From a bacterium (GTDB taxonomy: Bacteria; Patescibacteriota; Dojkabacteria; B142; OLB20), in the NCBI GenBank assembly GCA_037138855.1, contig JBAXHO010000001.1, positions 6,105 to 70,104 on the forward strand: a stretch of 64,000 nt of DNA, given 5' to 3'. The notes below the pieces were generated by a model, which saw only the letters and a program-made list of their open reading frames with translations, ran no database searches and had not been told where the DNA came from. Below, piece by piece: positions 1 through 9,114 of this stretch (the first letter of the stretch is position 1; every line of letters starts with the position of its first letter). The translations under genes and the position numbers were made by a program.

Positions 1-3000
1 GTGGTGTCCTGGTGAAGTTGCTGAATATGGTTATACATTTCCTGATCAGCAGGAAGTAAGTTGGGTAGTTGGTAGCTCGTAGCTCGTAGCTGAGATTCGA
101 GATTCGAGATTCGCAATTCGAAGTCTTCCAGATTCATGAGAATAAATTTCCCGGCATTCCAGAGTTTGTTGCAGAAATTACGGTTGTTGGCGATTTTTTC
201 TTCATATAGTCGGTAATTTTGACCAACAGAATTTCCCAGGATAAAACTGAGGCGGAGGGCATCTGTCCCGTATTTCTGCATCATTTCAAAGGGGTCAATC
301 CCATTTCCTTTAGATTTACTCATTTTAACGCCATTTTTATCAAGCACTAGTCCATGGAGGTAGACATCTTTGAAAGGAGCTATTTTTTCACCTGGTTGTT
401 GATCCCAGGGTTTGCCGTTTGACTTCTGTAGTTCTTTGGCAGCGCGGTAAGGATTGAGTAACATCATTCTAGTCACCCAGAAAAGCAAGATATCCCAACC
501 TGTTTCCATTACTTGGGTCGGGTAGAAGTCCTGATAGTCATTGACACCACTTGCTTTGAGCGTCAAATATGGCCATTGACCGGAAGAAAACCAGGTGTCG
601 AGGACGTCGGAATCTTGATTCCAGATCGGTGACCGGTTATCGGTGACCGGTAATCGGAAGGGAAAGGAATTGATCTCGAGATTGTTGATTTCGTGGGCGC
701 GACTTGCGGCGGGAGTTTCGCCACCAAGTTCTCTTTTAAATACCCGAATTACACCGGAATGGGTAACAATGAGTATTTTTTTGTGGGCATATTTTTGTTT
801 AATGTCAGCGATGAATTCTTGGACACGGGATTCAACTTCTTGGATGCTTTCTCCTCCCGGAATAGTTTCCTGGTAGTTGGCGTCGTTGGCTGAGGTGAAT
901 TCAGGATATTTTAGCTCAGCTTCCTGCCAGAGTAGTCCTTCTAAAATGCCGAAGTTACGTTCTTTCAGTCGATCATCAGTAATTACTTCCAAGCCAAGCT
1001 CTTTGGCAATGATTGTCGCGGTAGTATAGGTTCTTTTTAACGGTGAACTGATAATTAAATCATAGCCGGTATTTTCAGACTTTAGTTTTTTAGCCAATAA
1101 TCCAGTCTGAGTGACACCATTGGCATTGATTTGAGAATCATTTTGACCTGAAATTCTGCCAATATGATTATTATCTGTTTCCGCATGGCGAATCACGTCA
1201 AGAGTTTCGCTTTGAGAATTGGGATTATCGAGTCCCACATAGAGCAGATCTTGATAATCTGAGTTTTCTGAAATGGTTTTACCGGCAATTTTTTCGCGAA
1301 CTACACCATTTTCATCAATAAATTGTTCATGAGTGCCTTTGTACCAAACTGGAATCCGATAACCCCACCAGAGTTGTCTGGTGATACACCAGTCTTCCGG
1401 CGTATTCATCCAGTCAAAATAAGTTTTCTTTTTGCCTTCAGGCATAATTTCAGTAAAACCTTGTTCGACAAGTTCTTTTGCTTTGGCTTTCAAGGGTTTA
1501 GTATCGACAAACCACTGATGAGAAACTAGTGGCTCGATTGGATGTTTGCAACGTTCACAGATTCTGATGCGGTTTTCATATGCAGTATCAATGGAAATCA
1601 GCATCCCGGCAGTTTTCATATCTTCAAGCATTGTCTTTCTAGCTTCATCGGCTTTCATGCCATTATATTTACCAGCCAAATGGTTCATGGTACCATCGAA
1701 ATTGATTACTTGTTTCTCCGGCATACATTCAGTTTGATGACGTTTAGCAATATCCCAGTCTTCCATGGCATGAGCAGGAGTAATTTTGAGTGATCCTGTT
1801 CCAAATTCAGAATCCACTGCTTGATCGCCAATAATATTTAGTTTTGTTGTACTTGTAATAGTTCGAACTGCAAAGCTTTTACCGAGGAATTCCTGATAAC
1901 GCCAGTCATCAGGATCCACTGCAATAGCTGTATCGCCAAAGATCGTTTCCGGTCGGACAGTTCCGATGATAAAGCCATTATTGTAAAATTTATCTTCAGG
2001 ATAGTCAGCAAATTTAATGATATGTACTCCGGCAAAATGCTTACAATAATGCAGGAAAAGTTTTTCTAGTTCATCCTGCAACTCGTTAAGATTTTTTTCA
2101 GGATTAATTACAATTAATTTGTAATCTTTATCGAAACGCATCATGATCGCTTCAGCTTTTCCAGTTACCTTATCACCCTTTTTGAGATTATCAAATCCCA
2201 AAATCCAGGCATCTAGATCTTCACCATCATTGGGATTTTTTTCACCAGCAATATAGCCATAATAATCAAAGGGCCATTGATATTCTTCACCATTTTTTGT
2301 GGTGAATTTATCTCCTTTGCTTCTTTCGACAGTAACTTCAATTTCTTTTCCGGCAAATTTATTTTTTAGGCTAACTGCATATGGTTCGGCATCGATTAAA
2401 CCATATTTAAAATAGATAAATGGGCTTTGACTGTCTTTAAATTCAGTGTCAATATCCGCAAGAGCAGAGGAACAGCGGGGACACCAGTTAATGATTCGCT
2501 TCCCACGATAAATCAGACCATCTTCGTACATCAGGATAAAGGCCTTCAGTACTTCATCGACAATTTTTGGATCCAGTGTAAATAATTCTCTCTCAAAATC
2601 TGCTGATAAGCCGATTTTTTTCTCCTGATTACGCGCTGTAGCAGAATTGTCCATACAGAATTTATAGCAGGCTTTATAGAAAGTTTCTCTCCCTAAGTCT
2701 TTTTTACTTTTACCTTTTTTCGCCAGTTCCTTTTCAAAAACAACTTCTGTCTGAATACCAGCATGATCTTTGCCAGGTAGTAGCAATACTTTTTTACCTA
2801 ACATTCTCTGATATCTACCCATTAGATCCTGGTAAGCATAACCGGACATGTGTCCGAGATGAAGGTTGCCATTGGCATTGGGTGGGGGCAGGGTAATCAT
2901 GAAACTTTCCCGCTCAGGCAGGTGAGCGCTCGAAAGTTCTCGATCGCTTGTGTATTCCGGAGCGTAAAAATTATGATCCAGCCAAAATTTCAGCATCTCT

Positions 3001-3041
3001 GCTTCAGTTTCGGATGGTTTGTAGGGTCCTTTGGGGAGCAT
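1..3041 (-). CDS. valS: Valyl-tRNA synthetase; start codon at 3041-3039, the ORF runs off the window start (3' end of the gene lies beyond position 1)
   Basis: Translating the minus strand from ATG at 3041 gives MLPKGPYK...PPPNANGNLHLGH (HIGH motif), ...INWCPRCSSALADID, ...GTGSLKITPAHAMEDWDIAKRH, ...HGLVLDKNGVKMSKSKGNGIDP (KMSKS), ...DALRL..., NKLWNAGKFILMN. The frame stays open to position 1. It is absent from the ORF track only because there is no stop inside the window. Confidence 0.9.
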   Translation of the reverse strand, partial: MLPKGPYKPSETEAEMLKFWLDHNFYAPEYTSDRELSSAHLPERESFMITLPPPNANGNLHLGHMSGYAYQDLMGRYQRMLGKKVLLLPGKDHAGIQTEVVFEKELAKKGKSKKDLGRETFYKACYKFCMDNSATARNQEKKIGLSADFERELFTLDPKIVDEVLKAFILMYEDGLIYRGKRIINWCPRCSSALADIDTEFKDSQSPFIYFKYGLIDAEPYAVSLKNKFAGKEIEVTVERSKGDKFTTKNGEEYQWPFDYYGYIAGEKNPNDGEDLDAWILGFDNLKKGDKVTGKAEAIMMRFDKDYKLIVINPEKNLNELQDELEKLFLHYCKHFAGVHIIKFADYPEDKFYNNGFIIGTVRPETIFGDTAIAVDPDDWRYQEFLGKSFAVRTITSTTKLNIIGDQAVDSEFGTGSLKITPAHAMEDWDIAKRHQTECMPEKQVINFDGTMNHLAGKYNGMKADEARKTMLEDMKTAGMLISIDTAYENRIRICERCKHPIEPLVSHQWFVDTKPLKAKAKELVEQGFTEIMPEGKKKTYFDWMNTPEDWCITRQLWWGYRIPVWYKGTHEQFIDENGVVREKIAGKTISENSDYQDLLYVGLDNPNSQSETLDVIRHAETDNNHIGRISGQNDSQINANGVTQTGLLAKKLKSENTGYDLIISSPLKRTYTTATIIAKELGLEVITDDRLKERNFGILEGLLWQEAELKYPEFTSANDANYQETIPGGESIQEVESRVQEFIADIKQKYAHKKILIVTHSGVIRVFKRELGGETPAASRAHEINNLEINSFPFRLPVTDNRSPIWNQDSDVLDTWFSSGQWPYLTLKASGVNDYQDFYPTQVMETGWDILLFWVTRMMLLNPYRAAKELQKSNGKPWDQQPGEKIAPFKDVYLHGLVLDKNGVKMSKSKGNGIDPFEMMQKYGTDALRLSFILGNSVGQNYRLYEEKIANNRNFCNKLWNAGKFILMNLEDFELRISNLESQLRATSYQLPNLLPADQEMYNHIQQLHQDT

Positions 3042-3347
3042 AATAAAATCATAAAAGATAAAAGATAGAAGTTAAAAGATAAAAGAATAATACCTTAATA
3101 ATTATTGACTTTTAACTATTAGCTTTTAGCTATTAACTTTTTCCACAAAAAATCCCCACACAACTATCAATCTTGATAATCATATAGGGACCTAGTAAAT
3201 CGGTGGTTCCACCCTAATTCCAATTAAATTTAATTAACTGGCTCTTGAATAGCGATAACGGGCTGCCCGGAAGAATTAGCATTAAGGATTTTCTTCAGCT
3301 CCTGCGGTGACGTCTTTCGCAGTCTAGTGCTTTTAGTTATTAAATTG
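3042..3347 (-). promoter_or_regulatory. Candidate T-box riboswitch leader of valS with an extended -10 promoter (TGTGTTATAAT at 3365-3355, minus strand)
   Basis: Minus-strand sequence GGAATTAGGGTGGAACCACCG (plus 3215-3195) matches the T-box consensus AAUUAGGGUGGNACCGCG. It is followed by an imperfect hairpin and GGGGAUUUUUUGUGG (terminator) about 100 nt upstream of the valS ATG. Leader length is ~300 nt. The specifier loop was not resolved. Confidence 0.55.
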
Positions 3348-3390
3348 TGCTTGAATTATAACACAATCAGAAAAATGCAGTGGTAAAGAA

Positions 3391-3993
3391 TTAGTCTTTC
3401 CTGAAATAAAAAACATGCCAGTCACCTGTTGTTGATTGGGCATTGGTGTATTTAATTAATTGGAAATTATTTTTGTCAGCAAGTGCCAGGATTTGTTCTT
3501 TTGAATAATAGTAGAATGTCAGTGGTAAATTTCGAAATTCAGCAGTTCTGACAACTTTTTTTCCCTGGCCATTTTTTACACAGATGAATAATATTCCATT
3601 CTTTTTGAGAAGCGTATAAAAATCCTGGATTACTTTGGCGACTTGATCAAAATCTAAATGTACTAATGAACTCATGGCCCAGATCGCATTAAAGGAATTT
3701 GGCTTGAAAGATAAAGCATTGAGGTCAGCTATTTCAAATAGCGCTTTAGGTGCATATTTTCGAGCAGCAGTAATCATGTTTTCACTCAGATCAATTCCTG
3801 TTACTTGAAATCCATTTTCGGTAAAAACCTTACTATCGCGTCCAAATCCACATCCTGCATCCAAAATGTGAGCTGACGGTTGCAATAGCCCCATAAATTC
3901 TTCAAGTAAATGCGAAAAACCTTTACTAGATACTCTTGCCTTAAAATATTCTGCAGTAATTTTATTATATGTATCAATTGTCTGATCTTCCAT
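3391..3993 (-). CDS. Class I SAM-dependent methyltransferase
   Basis: 200 aa ORF with motif ILDAGCGFGRDS (Rossmann motif I) and a downstream acidic motif. Confidence 0.8.
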   Translation of the reverse strand: MEDQTIDTYNKITAEYFKARVSSKGFSHLLEEFMGLLQPSAHILDAGCGFGRDSKVFTENGFQVTGIDLSENMITAARKYAPKALFEIADLNALSFKPNSFNAIWAMSSLVHLDFDQVAKVIQDFYTLLKKNGILFICVKNGQGKKVVRTAEFRNLPLTFYYYSKEQILALADKNNFQLIKYTNAQSTTGDWHVFYFRKD

Positions 3994-4101
3994 TGGTAAA
4001 TGTGAAAATATGTTGAAATTATAGCATGGAGAAAAATCAAAAGTATGAAACCTACAATCTAAAAAGAATTTTTAATAAGGTGTCTTAAGTCACATTTGGT
4101 A

Positions 4102-4296
4102 TTAAATCGTAGTAGGGTCAACTTTTTTATGCTCAGGACAGCAGTAAAATGCTCGGCTCATAATTTTTTGAATTTTGGCATTTGAAGCAGTACAAAAGTT
4201 ATTACTTAAAAACGGACAGGCATATGTAGTTTGAGTTGGTTGGCCGAGTGCATTATCACAGCGATTATCTTGTTTTAATTTACAGTGAATCTTCAT
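4102..4296 (-). CDS. Small Cys-rich hypothetical protein (7 Cys, CCPEH motif)
   Basis: 64 aa ORF; no recognisable family. Confidence 0.3.
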   Translation of the reverse strand: MKIHCKLKQDNRCDNALGQPTQTTYACPFLSNNFCTASNAKIQKIMSRAFYCCPEHKKVDPTTI

Positions 4297-4465
4297 ATAT
4301 TAAATATATCACATTACTTTTCTGCCTAGCAAGAAAAAATGAATACTTGTGATATATCAAATTCAAAGCTTTGTATAATGAAGAATAATAAAACGAAAAT
4401 GTCCGGATTTAAGAATTTTTTAAGAATTTGATGCGAGAATGGAAAAGTAGCAAGTAGCAAGTATC

Positions 4466-5134
4466 ATGACAAAATTAATCAATTTCATTCTTGATTTTCT
4501 TTTTCCGAAGTTCTGTGAATTTTGCGGGATAAAAGGCAGTTATATTTGTTTGGAATGCGAAAAGACTAAGTTTGAATATTATCAGGAGCATGAATGTCAT
4601 GTTTGTCGTAAAAGATGTGGCGAAGGATATGTACACAAATCTTGTACATCGAAAACGGATTTGGATGGTGCTTTCTATCAATTGAAATATACTGCAAACG
4701 TAAAGCGTATTCTACAGCAGTTTAAATTCAATTTTTATTCTTCCTATGTAGAAGACATTGCCCGGGTTTTAAACCGGAAATTCATAAAGCTTTCTCTACA
4801 ATTTGATTTACTGGTAGCTATTCCTTTGCATCGTAAAAGGTCATGGGAGCGTGGCTTTAATCAATCGGAATTATTGATTAAAGCCCTTGGATATCAGGCG
4901 AGTAAATGTTTGATTCGGATTCGTAATACACCTTGTCAATCAAACTTGAAAAGAGAAGAGCGCCTAATTAATTTGAAAAATGCTTTTAAAATCTCTGAAA
5001 ATGTCAGAGGAAAATCCATACTATTGGTTGATGATGTGATTACGACCGGTAGTACTTTGGAAGAATGTGCAGCGGTTTTAAAATTGCATGGAGCTAGAGC
5101 AGTATATGGATTGTGCTGGGCAAGGGGAGAGTAA
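4466..5134 (+). CDS. comF: ComF-family protein (double zinc-ribbon plus phosphoribosyltransferase domain)
   Basis: N-terminal CxxC...CxxC pairs. C-terminal PRTase motif ILLVDDVITTGSTL. The ATG is embedded in an upstream GTAGCAA/GTATCA tandem repeat. Confidence 0.75.
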   Translation: MTKLINFILDFLFPKFCEFCGIKGSYICLECEKTKFEYYQEHECHVCRKRCGEGYVHKSCTSKTDLDGAFYQLKYTANVKRILQQFKFNFYSSYVEDIARVLNRKFIKLSLQFDLLVAIPLHRKRSWERGFNQSELLIKALGYQASKCLIRIRNTPCQSNLKREERLINLKNAFKISENVRGKSILLVDDVITTGSTLEECAAVLKLHGARAVYGLCWARGE

Positions 5135-5184
5135 TTAAAATTTGAACATTTGTACCATAAAAGGTACAATTTTTACTATATTGT

Positions 5185-5502
5185 ATGAATCTAAAGCAAG
5201 ATATCCAAGTTGATCCAAATGCAGCAAAAGAGATTTTAAGATTTCCAATTGAAGTCAAGAAAGAATTGATGGTGATATTACATATATTGGCAATAGATGG
5301 GCATTTGCAGCAGCCATATGCAAAAAAACTTACGCTTTCATTATTTGAAATTAGAATTAAAGTCAAAGGACAGTGGAGGGTAATATATGCATATTTAGCT
5401 GATAGATGTATTATCATTTTATCTGCTTTTAAAAAGAAAACACAAAGAACTCCAAGTACAAATTTGCAACTTGCAAAAAAGAGATTATTTAGATATTTAT
5501 AA
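5185..5502 (+). CDS. Type II toxin, RelE/HigB (Gp49-like) family
   Basis: LFEIRIKVKGQWRVIYAY...ILSAFKKKTQRTPSTNLQLAKKR resembles the Gp49/HigB-type toxin signature. An HTH gene follows immediately. Confidence 0.6.
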   Translation: MNLKQDIQVDPNAAKEILRFPIEVKKELMVILHILAIDGHLQQPYAKKLTLSLFEIRIKVKGQWRVIYAYLADRCIIILSAFKKKTQRTPSTNLQLAKKRLFRYL

Positions 5503-5508
5503 AAAATT

Positions 5509-5839
5509 TATGATGAATAAAAATAATTATCAAATTCCGACCATTCAAACCCAAGAATCGATTCGTAAGAACACACTCTCTCTTAGTCAGATGATGGATG
5601 ATTTCTCAGATTCTGATCAAATAGATATTTTAGAGCAGGTGAGATATTATGAATTAAAATTATTGTTGCGAGATACACGTAAAAAAGAAGGAATGACTCA
5701 ACAAAAATTAGCTGACTTATTAAATATTCCACGCACTACCATCGCAAAAATTGAGTCTGGCCAAAGAAATGTAACGGTATTAACATTAATGAAGATCGCC
5801 AAAGTGATGGAGAAAAAATTAATAATTGAACTGAGATGA
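5509..5839 (+). CDS. HTH XRE-family antitoxin (HigA-like); the track ORF begins at a TTG at 5471, the ATG ATG at 5509 is more likely
   Basis: C-terminal helix-turn-helix GMTQQKLADLLNIPRTTIAKIESGQRNVTV. Toxin-then-antitoxin order is typical of HigBA. Confidence 0.6.
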
Positions 5840-5877
5840 ATTATCTCTGAAAGTACTTCTAAGAAAGCAAGAAACCA

Positions 5878-6582
5878 TTATTCCATCTCTAGTCTTGGGT
5901 GCCAGGTAGTATCAAGTTTGAGTATTTCATCCGGAGTGTATTTTACTTGTAGATATTTTCCATCCAGTTCGTAAACAGTAAACTGGTAATCAGTAATTAT
6001 CGGAAATAAGGTAGGGAAGAAGCTGCATTGGTTTTCATTACCTAGAAGTATTGAGAGCTTTTTCAGTTTAGCTGGTTCATCCTCCAGAGCATCAATTAAT
6101 GCATCCAACATGAGCTGACTACAGGTTTTTTTAGATGGGTTATATAAAGCTTGAGCTGGAGGATTAAGCATAGTTTTTAAATTTGTCTTAATTTGTGGTT
6201 TATGGTATTTGAGATAAAATAAATGTCCTAATACATTTGTAATACTGTATTTTATTCCTTTATCCTGAAACTCAAGGAGTTTTTGAATGTATTTTATTTG
6301 AATTTTTTTATTAAAAATTGTTTTTTGATAGCGATAAATATGGACGTATGGTCCCAATTCCTTGATTAGTTCTACAAAAGGGCTGACGATAATATTTTTG
6401 AAAGCGATAGTCTGAATCACCTTTTTCCTAGCTAAATATGATGCTGAATGAGCGATAAATGTACCTACAGGAAAGTATGTCAGTGTGCGTAACACATCGT
6501 TTATATTTAAACGGGTTAATAATACGTCACCCGGTTGAATTATTTTGTCAAAATTTTTAATTTTATTTGAGAGAACTTGCAT
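5878..6582 (-). CDS. Hypothetical; possibly a YiiX/DUF830-like permuted papain-fold (NlpC/P60-LRAT-like) enzyme
   Basis: GDVLLT...IAHSASYL (His) precedes ...KKTCSQLMLD (Cys), the order seen in permuted NlpC/P60 proteins. It overlaps the stop of the upstream acyltransferase fusion by 20 nt (same operon). Confidence 0.35.
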   Translation of the reverse strand: MQVLSNKIKNFDKIIQPGDVLLTRLNINDVLRTLTYFPVGTFIAHSASYLARKKVIQTIAFKNIIVSPFVELIKELGPYVHIYRYQKTIFNKKIQIKYIQKLLEFQDKGIKYSITNVLGHLFYLKYHKPQIKTNLKTMLNPPAQALYNPSKKTCSQLMLDALIDALEDEPAKLKKLSILLGNENQCSFFPTLFPIITDYQFTVYELDGKYLQVKYTPDEILKLDTTWHPRLEME

Positions 6583-9100
6583 GTTTGAAATATATTTCTT
6601 CCAAAAAATGAGTAATTTCTATAGCGGATAGATTTTTTGTTGGGTAAATTGGTTTTTCAATGATGAGTTTTACAATACCGCGCTTCTTAGGTCGATATTT
6701 TTGTGAAAAACTGCGATTATCATCATCATCACGGACTGGCCAAATTGTGTCATAACCTTCCAAATAGATTGGAAGAATCGGTTTGGAAAGCTCTTTAGCA
6801 ATATAGCCAATTCCGAAGTTAAATTTATTATGAAAACTATCTGTTTGTAATCTACCTTGAGGAGAGTAAAGCATATAATAGCCTTGTTCAAAGAGATCAG
6901 AAGAAAATTTCAGAATTTTAATTAATTTTTCAGCTTTCTCGTAAAGCGGGATTCCGCCACCAATGACTTCAAGTGCCTTGCCAATGATTTTCAAATTAAG
7001 ATTGTTACTAGTCCAATGAGTTTCTTTAGACAGTAAAAAACATTTTTTTAAACCAAATTGGTTTAGAGCTCGGAGTACACAAATACCATCAAGATAACCA
7101 CAATGATTAAATGAGGCAATAAAACCTTTGGAAGTATCAATTGTTTTAAAATTTTCTATTCCAGAAACTTCAAGTTTGGCATAATGTCCATGTAACGGGA
7201 AAATGATATTTTTTCTGATAGTTGATGTAAATGCTGTTCCTACTTTGCTAAACTGCCATTTTGGAATATATACTTTTTCTGTGACAGCCTGATTATTTTC
7301 AAGATATTTTTGCAGATCAGCGACAGTTGTCTTTGAGGTAATGATTGTCTCCGGGATTACTACCCCCAAATATTCTTCAATTTGGGCTACCAATTCTACT
7401 CTGGTTAAAGAGTCTAAATTGAGATCTTCAGAAAGGATATCTTCATTAGCAATAAATTCTTTTTTTAAACCTGATAAATTTGCAAGAATATCGAAAACGT
7501 TAACAATTGCAGTTTGTTCCTGATAATGTTCTGAGATAATCTGATTGTTTTCGATTTGCAGCGATGCTACTTTCCTCCGGTTTGTCTTCAGGGTATTGGT
7601 TCTGGGGAAATCATCCTCTGGCCATAAAGCATAATTACGGATTTGCTGTTTAGATTCTAAATTTTGATTGATTTCAGAAATAATGGTATCAAGGTTTTTG
7701 GTTGTATGAGATTCGAGAATCAAATATGAAAAGATTTGTGGTTTACCTTGAATTTCTTTTTCCAGCACGCAAGAATATTTTACATCCTGATGCTGGTCAA
7801 TTTTATTCTCTAAGTCTTCGACATAAATTTTTTCTCCACTAGCCAGGACAATTTTAAAAGTACTACGACCAGAGATAGTAAAAAAACCATTATTATCAAT
7901 TTTTCCAATATCTCCAGTATAATAACCGTTGGTTTTGAATGCTGCTGCTGTTTTTTCGGGATTTTCGAAATAACCTTGACTGACGGACTTACTTGTAATT
8001 ATTATTTCGTTTTCTGGTGAAAGAGTAATATTTACTCCGGTGATCGGTTTACCTGCTGAACCAAAACGGTAATGTTTTCGGAGATTGAGAGTAGCTACTG
8101 CTGTAACTTCAGTAGCACCATAGCCTTCCATAATTTCAAAGCCTAAATTATTCCAAATTTCGGCGATTTTTGTATTGAGTGCAGCACCACCAGTTCCTAT
8201 AAAGGCCAGATTATTACCAAAAGTTTGGTGTACTTCTTGGAAGATTTTTCTTCGTAAAAACTTTGGGAGATATTTGGCAATTTTCAGACCTTTTTCTAAT
8301 TTGCTTAATTTACCTTGTTCTGTAGCTTTTTGACGAATTCTTTGCCAAAATAAAGTGAAAAGTTGTGGTACAAAAACAAGGTATGATGGATTGAATTCAT
8401 TCATAGCTTCAGCGAGCTTGAAACTATTAATTCTAGGAAGATAAATAATTTTACCACCCCGGTAAAGAACTGTATAAAGACCAATAAGCTGCTCTAACAT
8501 GTGGCTTAGTGGCAGAATAGAAATTGTTTGATATATTTTTAATTTGGGAATTTCTTTATTCACAGCTTGTAAATTTTCTAAGATGTTTCTGTGTGTAAGT
8601 ATCACGCCCTTAGGTTCTCCGGTAGTACCAGAAGTATAAACTAATTCAGCAATTTGATCAGGATTTGAATTTGGTTCGTATGGTTTTCCGGTTGTCAATT
8701 CATCAAAAAGATCTTCAATAATGAAAATATTTTTTACCTGGAGTTTGAGAAAATCATATCTGAGATATTTTGAAACAAAGGCTATTTGAATCTTGGTTTG
8801 GGTAATAATTTTTGTAATAGTTTCATCACTATTTCGGTAATCAACTGGTACAGCAATTCGAGATGTATCAAACATACTCAATAGTAGAAGGGCATATTCA
8901 GGTGAATTCATCCCCCAGATTAAAACCTTGTCGTTTTTCTCGGTATTTTCTGCCAGGTATTTTGCATAAATACTTTGAATTAGACCAGGTATTTCTTGAT
9001 AGGTTACTTTACTATTGGTAATTTTGCGACGGATTTCAAAGCTGGTTTTTGAAGAGAATCGATCTGAGGCAAAAGTAATTAAATCATGAAAAATCTGCAT
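6563..9100 (-). CDS. Tridomain fusion: AMP-forming fatty-acyl ligase, acyl/peptidyl carrier domain, and PlsC-type lysophospholipid acyltransferase (Aas-like, domains in reversed order)
   Basis: Adenylation motifs YTSGTTGEPKGV, EGYGATE, YYTGDIGK...GR. Carrier motif LNLDSLTRVEL. Acyltransferase motifs FNHCGYLDG (HX4D), YSPQGRL and KPILPIYL. Confidence 0.85.
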   Translation of the reverse strand: MQIFHDLITFASDRFSSKTSFEIRRKITNSKVTYQEIPGLIQSIYAKYLAENTEKNDKVLIWGMNSPEYALLLLSMFDTSRIAVPVDYRNSDETITKIITQTKIQIAFVSKYLRYDFLKLQVKNIFIIEDLFDELTTGKPYEPNSNPDQIAELVYTSGTTGEPKGVILTHRNILENLQAVNKEIPKLKIYQTISILPLSHMLEQLIGLYTVLYRGGKIIYLPRINSFKLAEAMNEFNPSYLVFVPQLFTLFWQRIRQKATEQGKLSKLEKGLKIAKYLPKFLRRKIFQEVHQTFGNNLAFIGTGGAALNTKIAEIWNNLGFEIMEGYGATEVTAVATLNLRKHYRFGSAGKPITGVNITLSPENEIIITSKSVSQGYFENPEKTAAAFKTNGYYTGDIGKIDNNGFFTISGRSTFKIVLASGEKIYVEDLENKIDQHQDVKYSCVLEKEIQGKPQIFSYLILESHTTKNLDTIISEINQNLESKQQIRNYALWPEDDFPRTNTLKTNRRKVASLQIENNQIISEHYQEQTAIVNVFDILANLSGLKKEFIANEDILSEDLNLDSLTRVELVAQIEEYLGVVIPETIITSKTTVADLQKYLENNQAVTEKVYIPKWQFSKVGTAFTSTIRKNIIFPLHGHYAKLEVSGIENFKTIDTSKGFIASFNHCGYLDGICVLRALNQFGLKKCFLLSKETHWTSNNLNLKIIGKALEVIGGGIPLYEKAEKLIKILKFSSDLFEQGYYMLYSPQGRLQTDSFHNKFNFGIGYIAKELSKPILPIYLEGYDTIWPVRDDDDNRSFSQKYRPKKRGIVKLIIEKPIYPTKNLSAIEITHFLEEIYFKHASSLK

Positions 9101-9114
9101 TATGAAAGCGCAAT

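Noticed and set aside
1-3041. Absence of any long ORF in the track over 3 kb suggested an alternative genetic code (UGA recoding) or a decayed pseudogene.
   Set aside because: Manual translation shows a single uninterrupted valS frame from ATG 3041 to position 1 with all class-I motifs. It is missing from the track only because it has no stop inside the window. Other long ORFs (e.g. 2013 aa) confirm the standard code.
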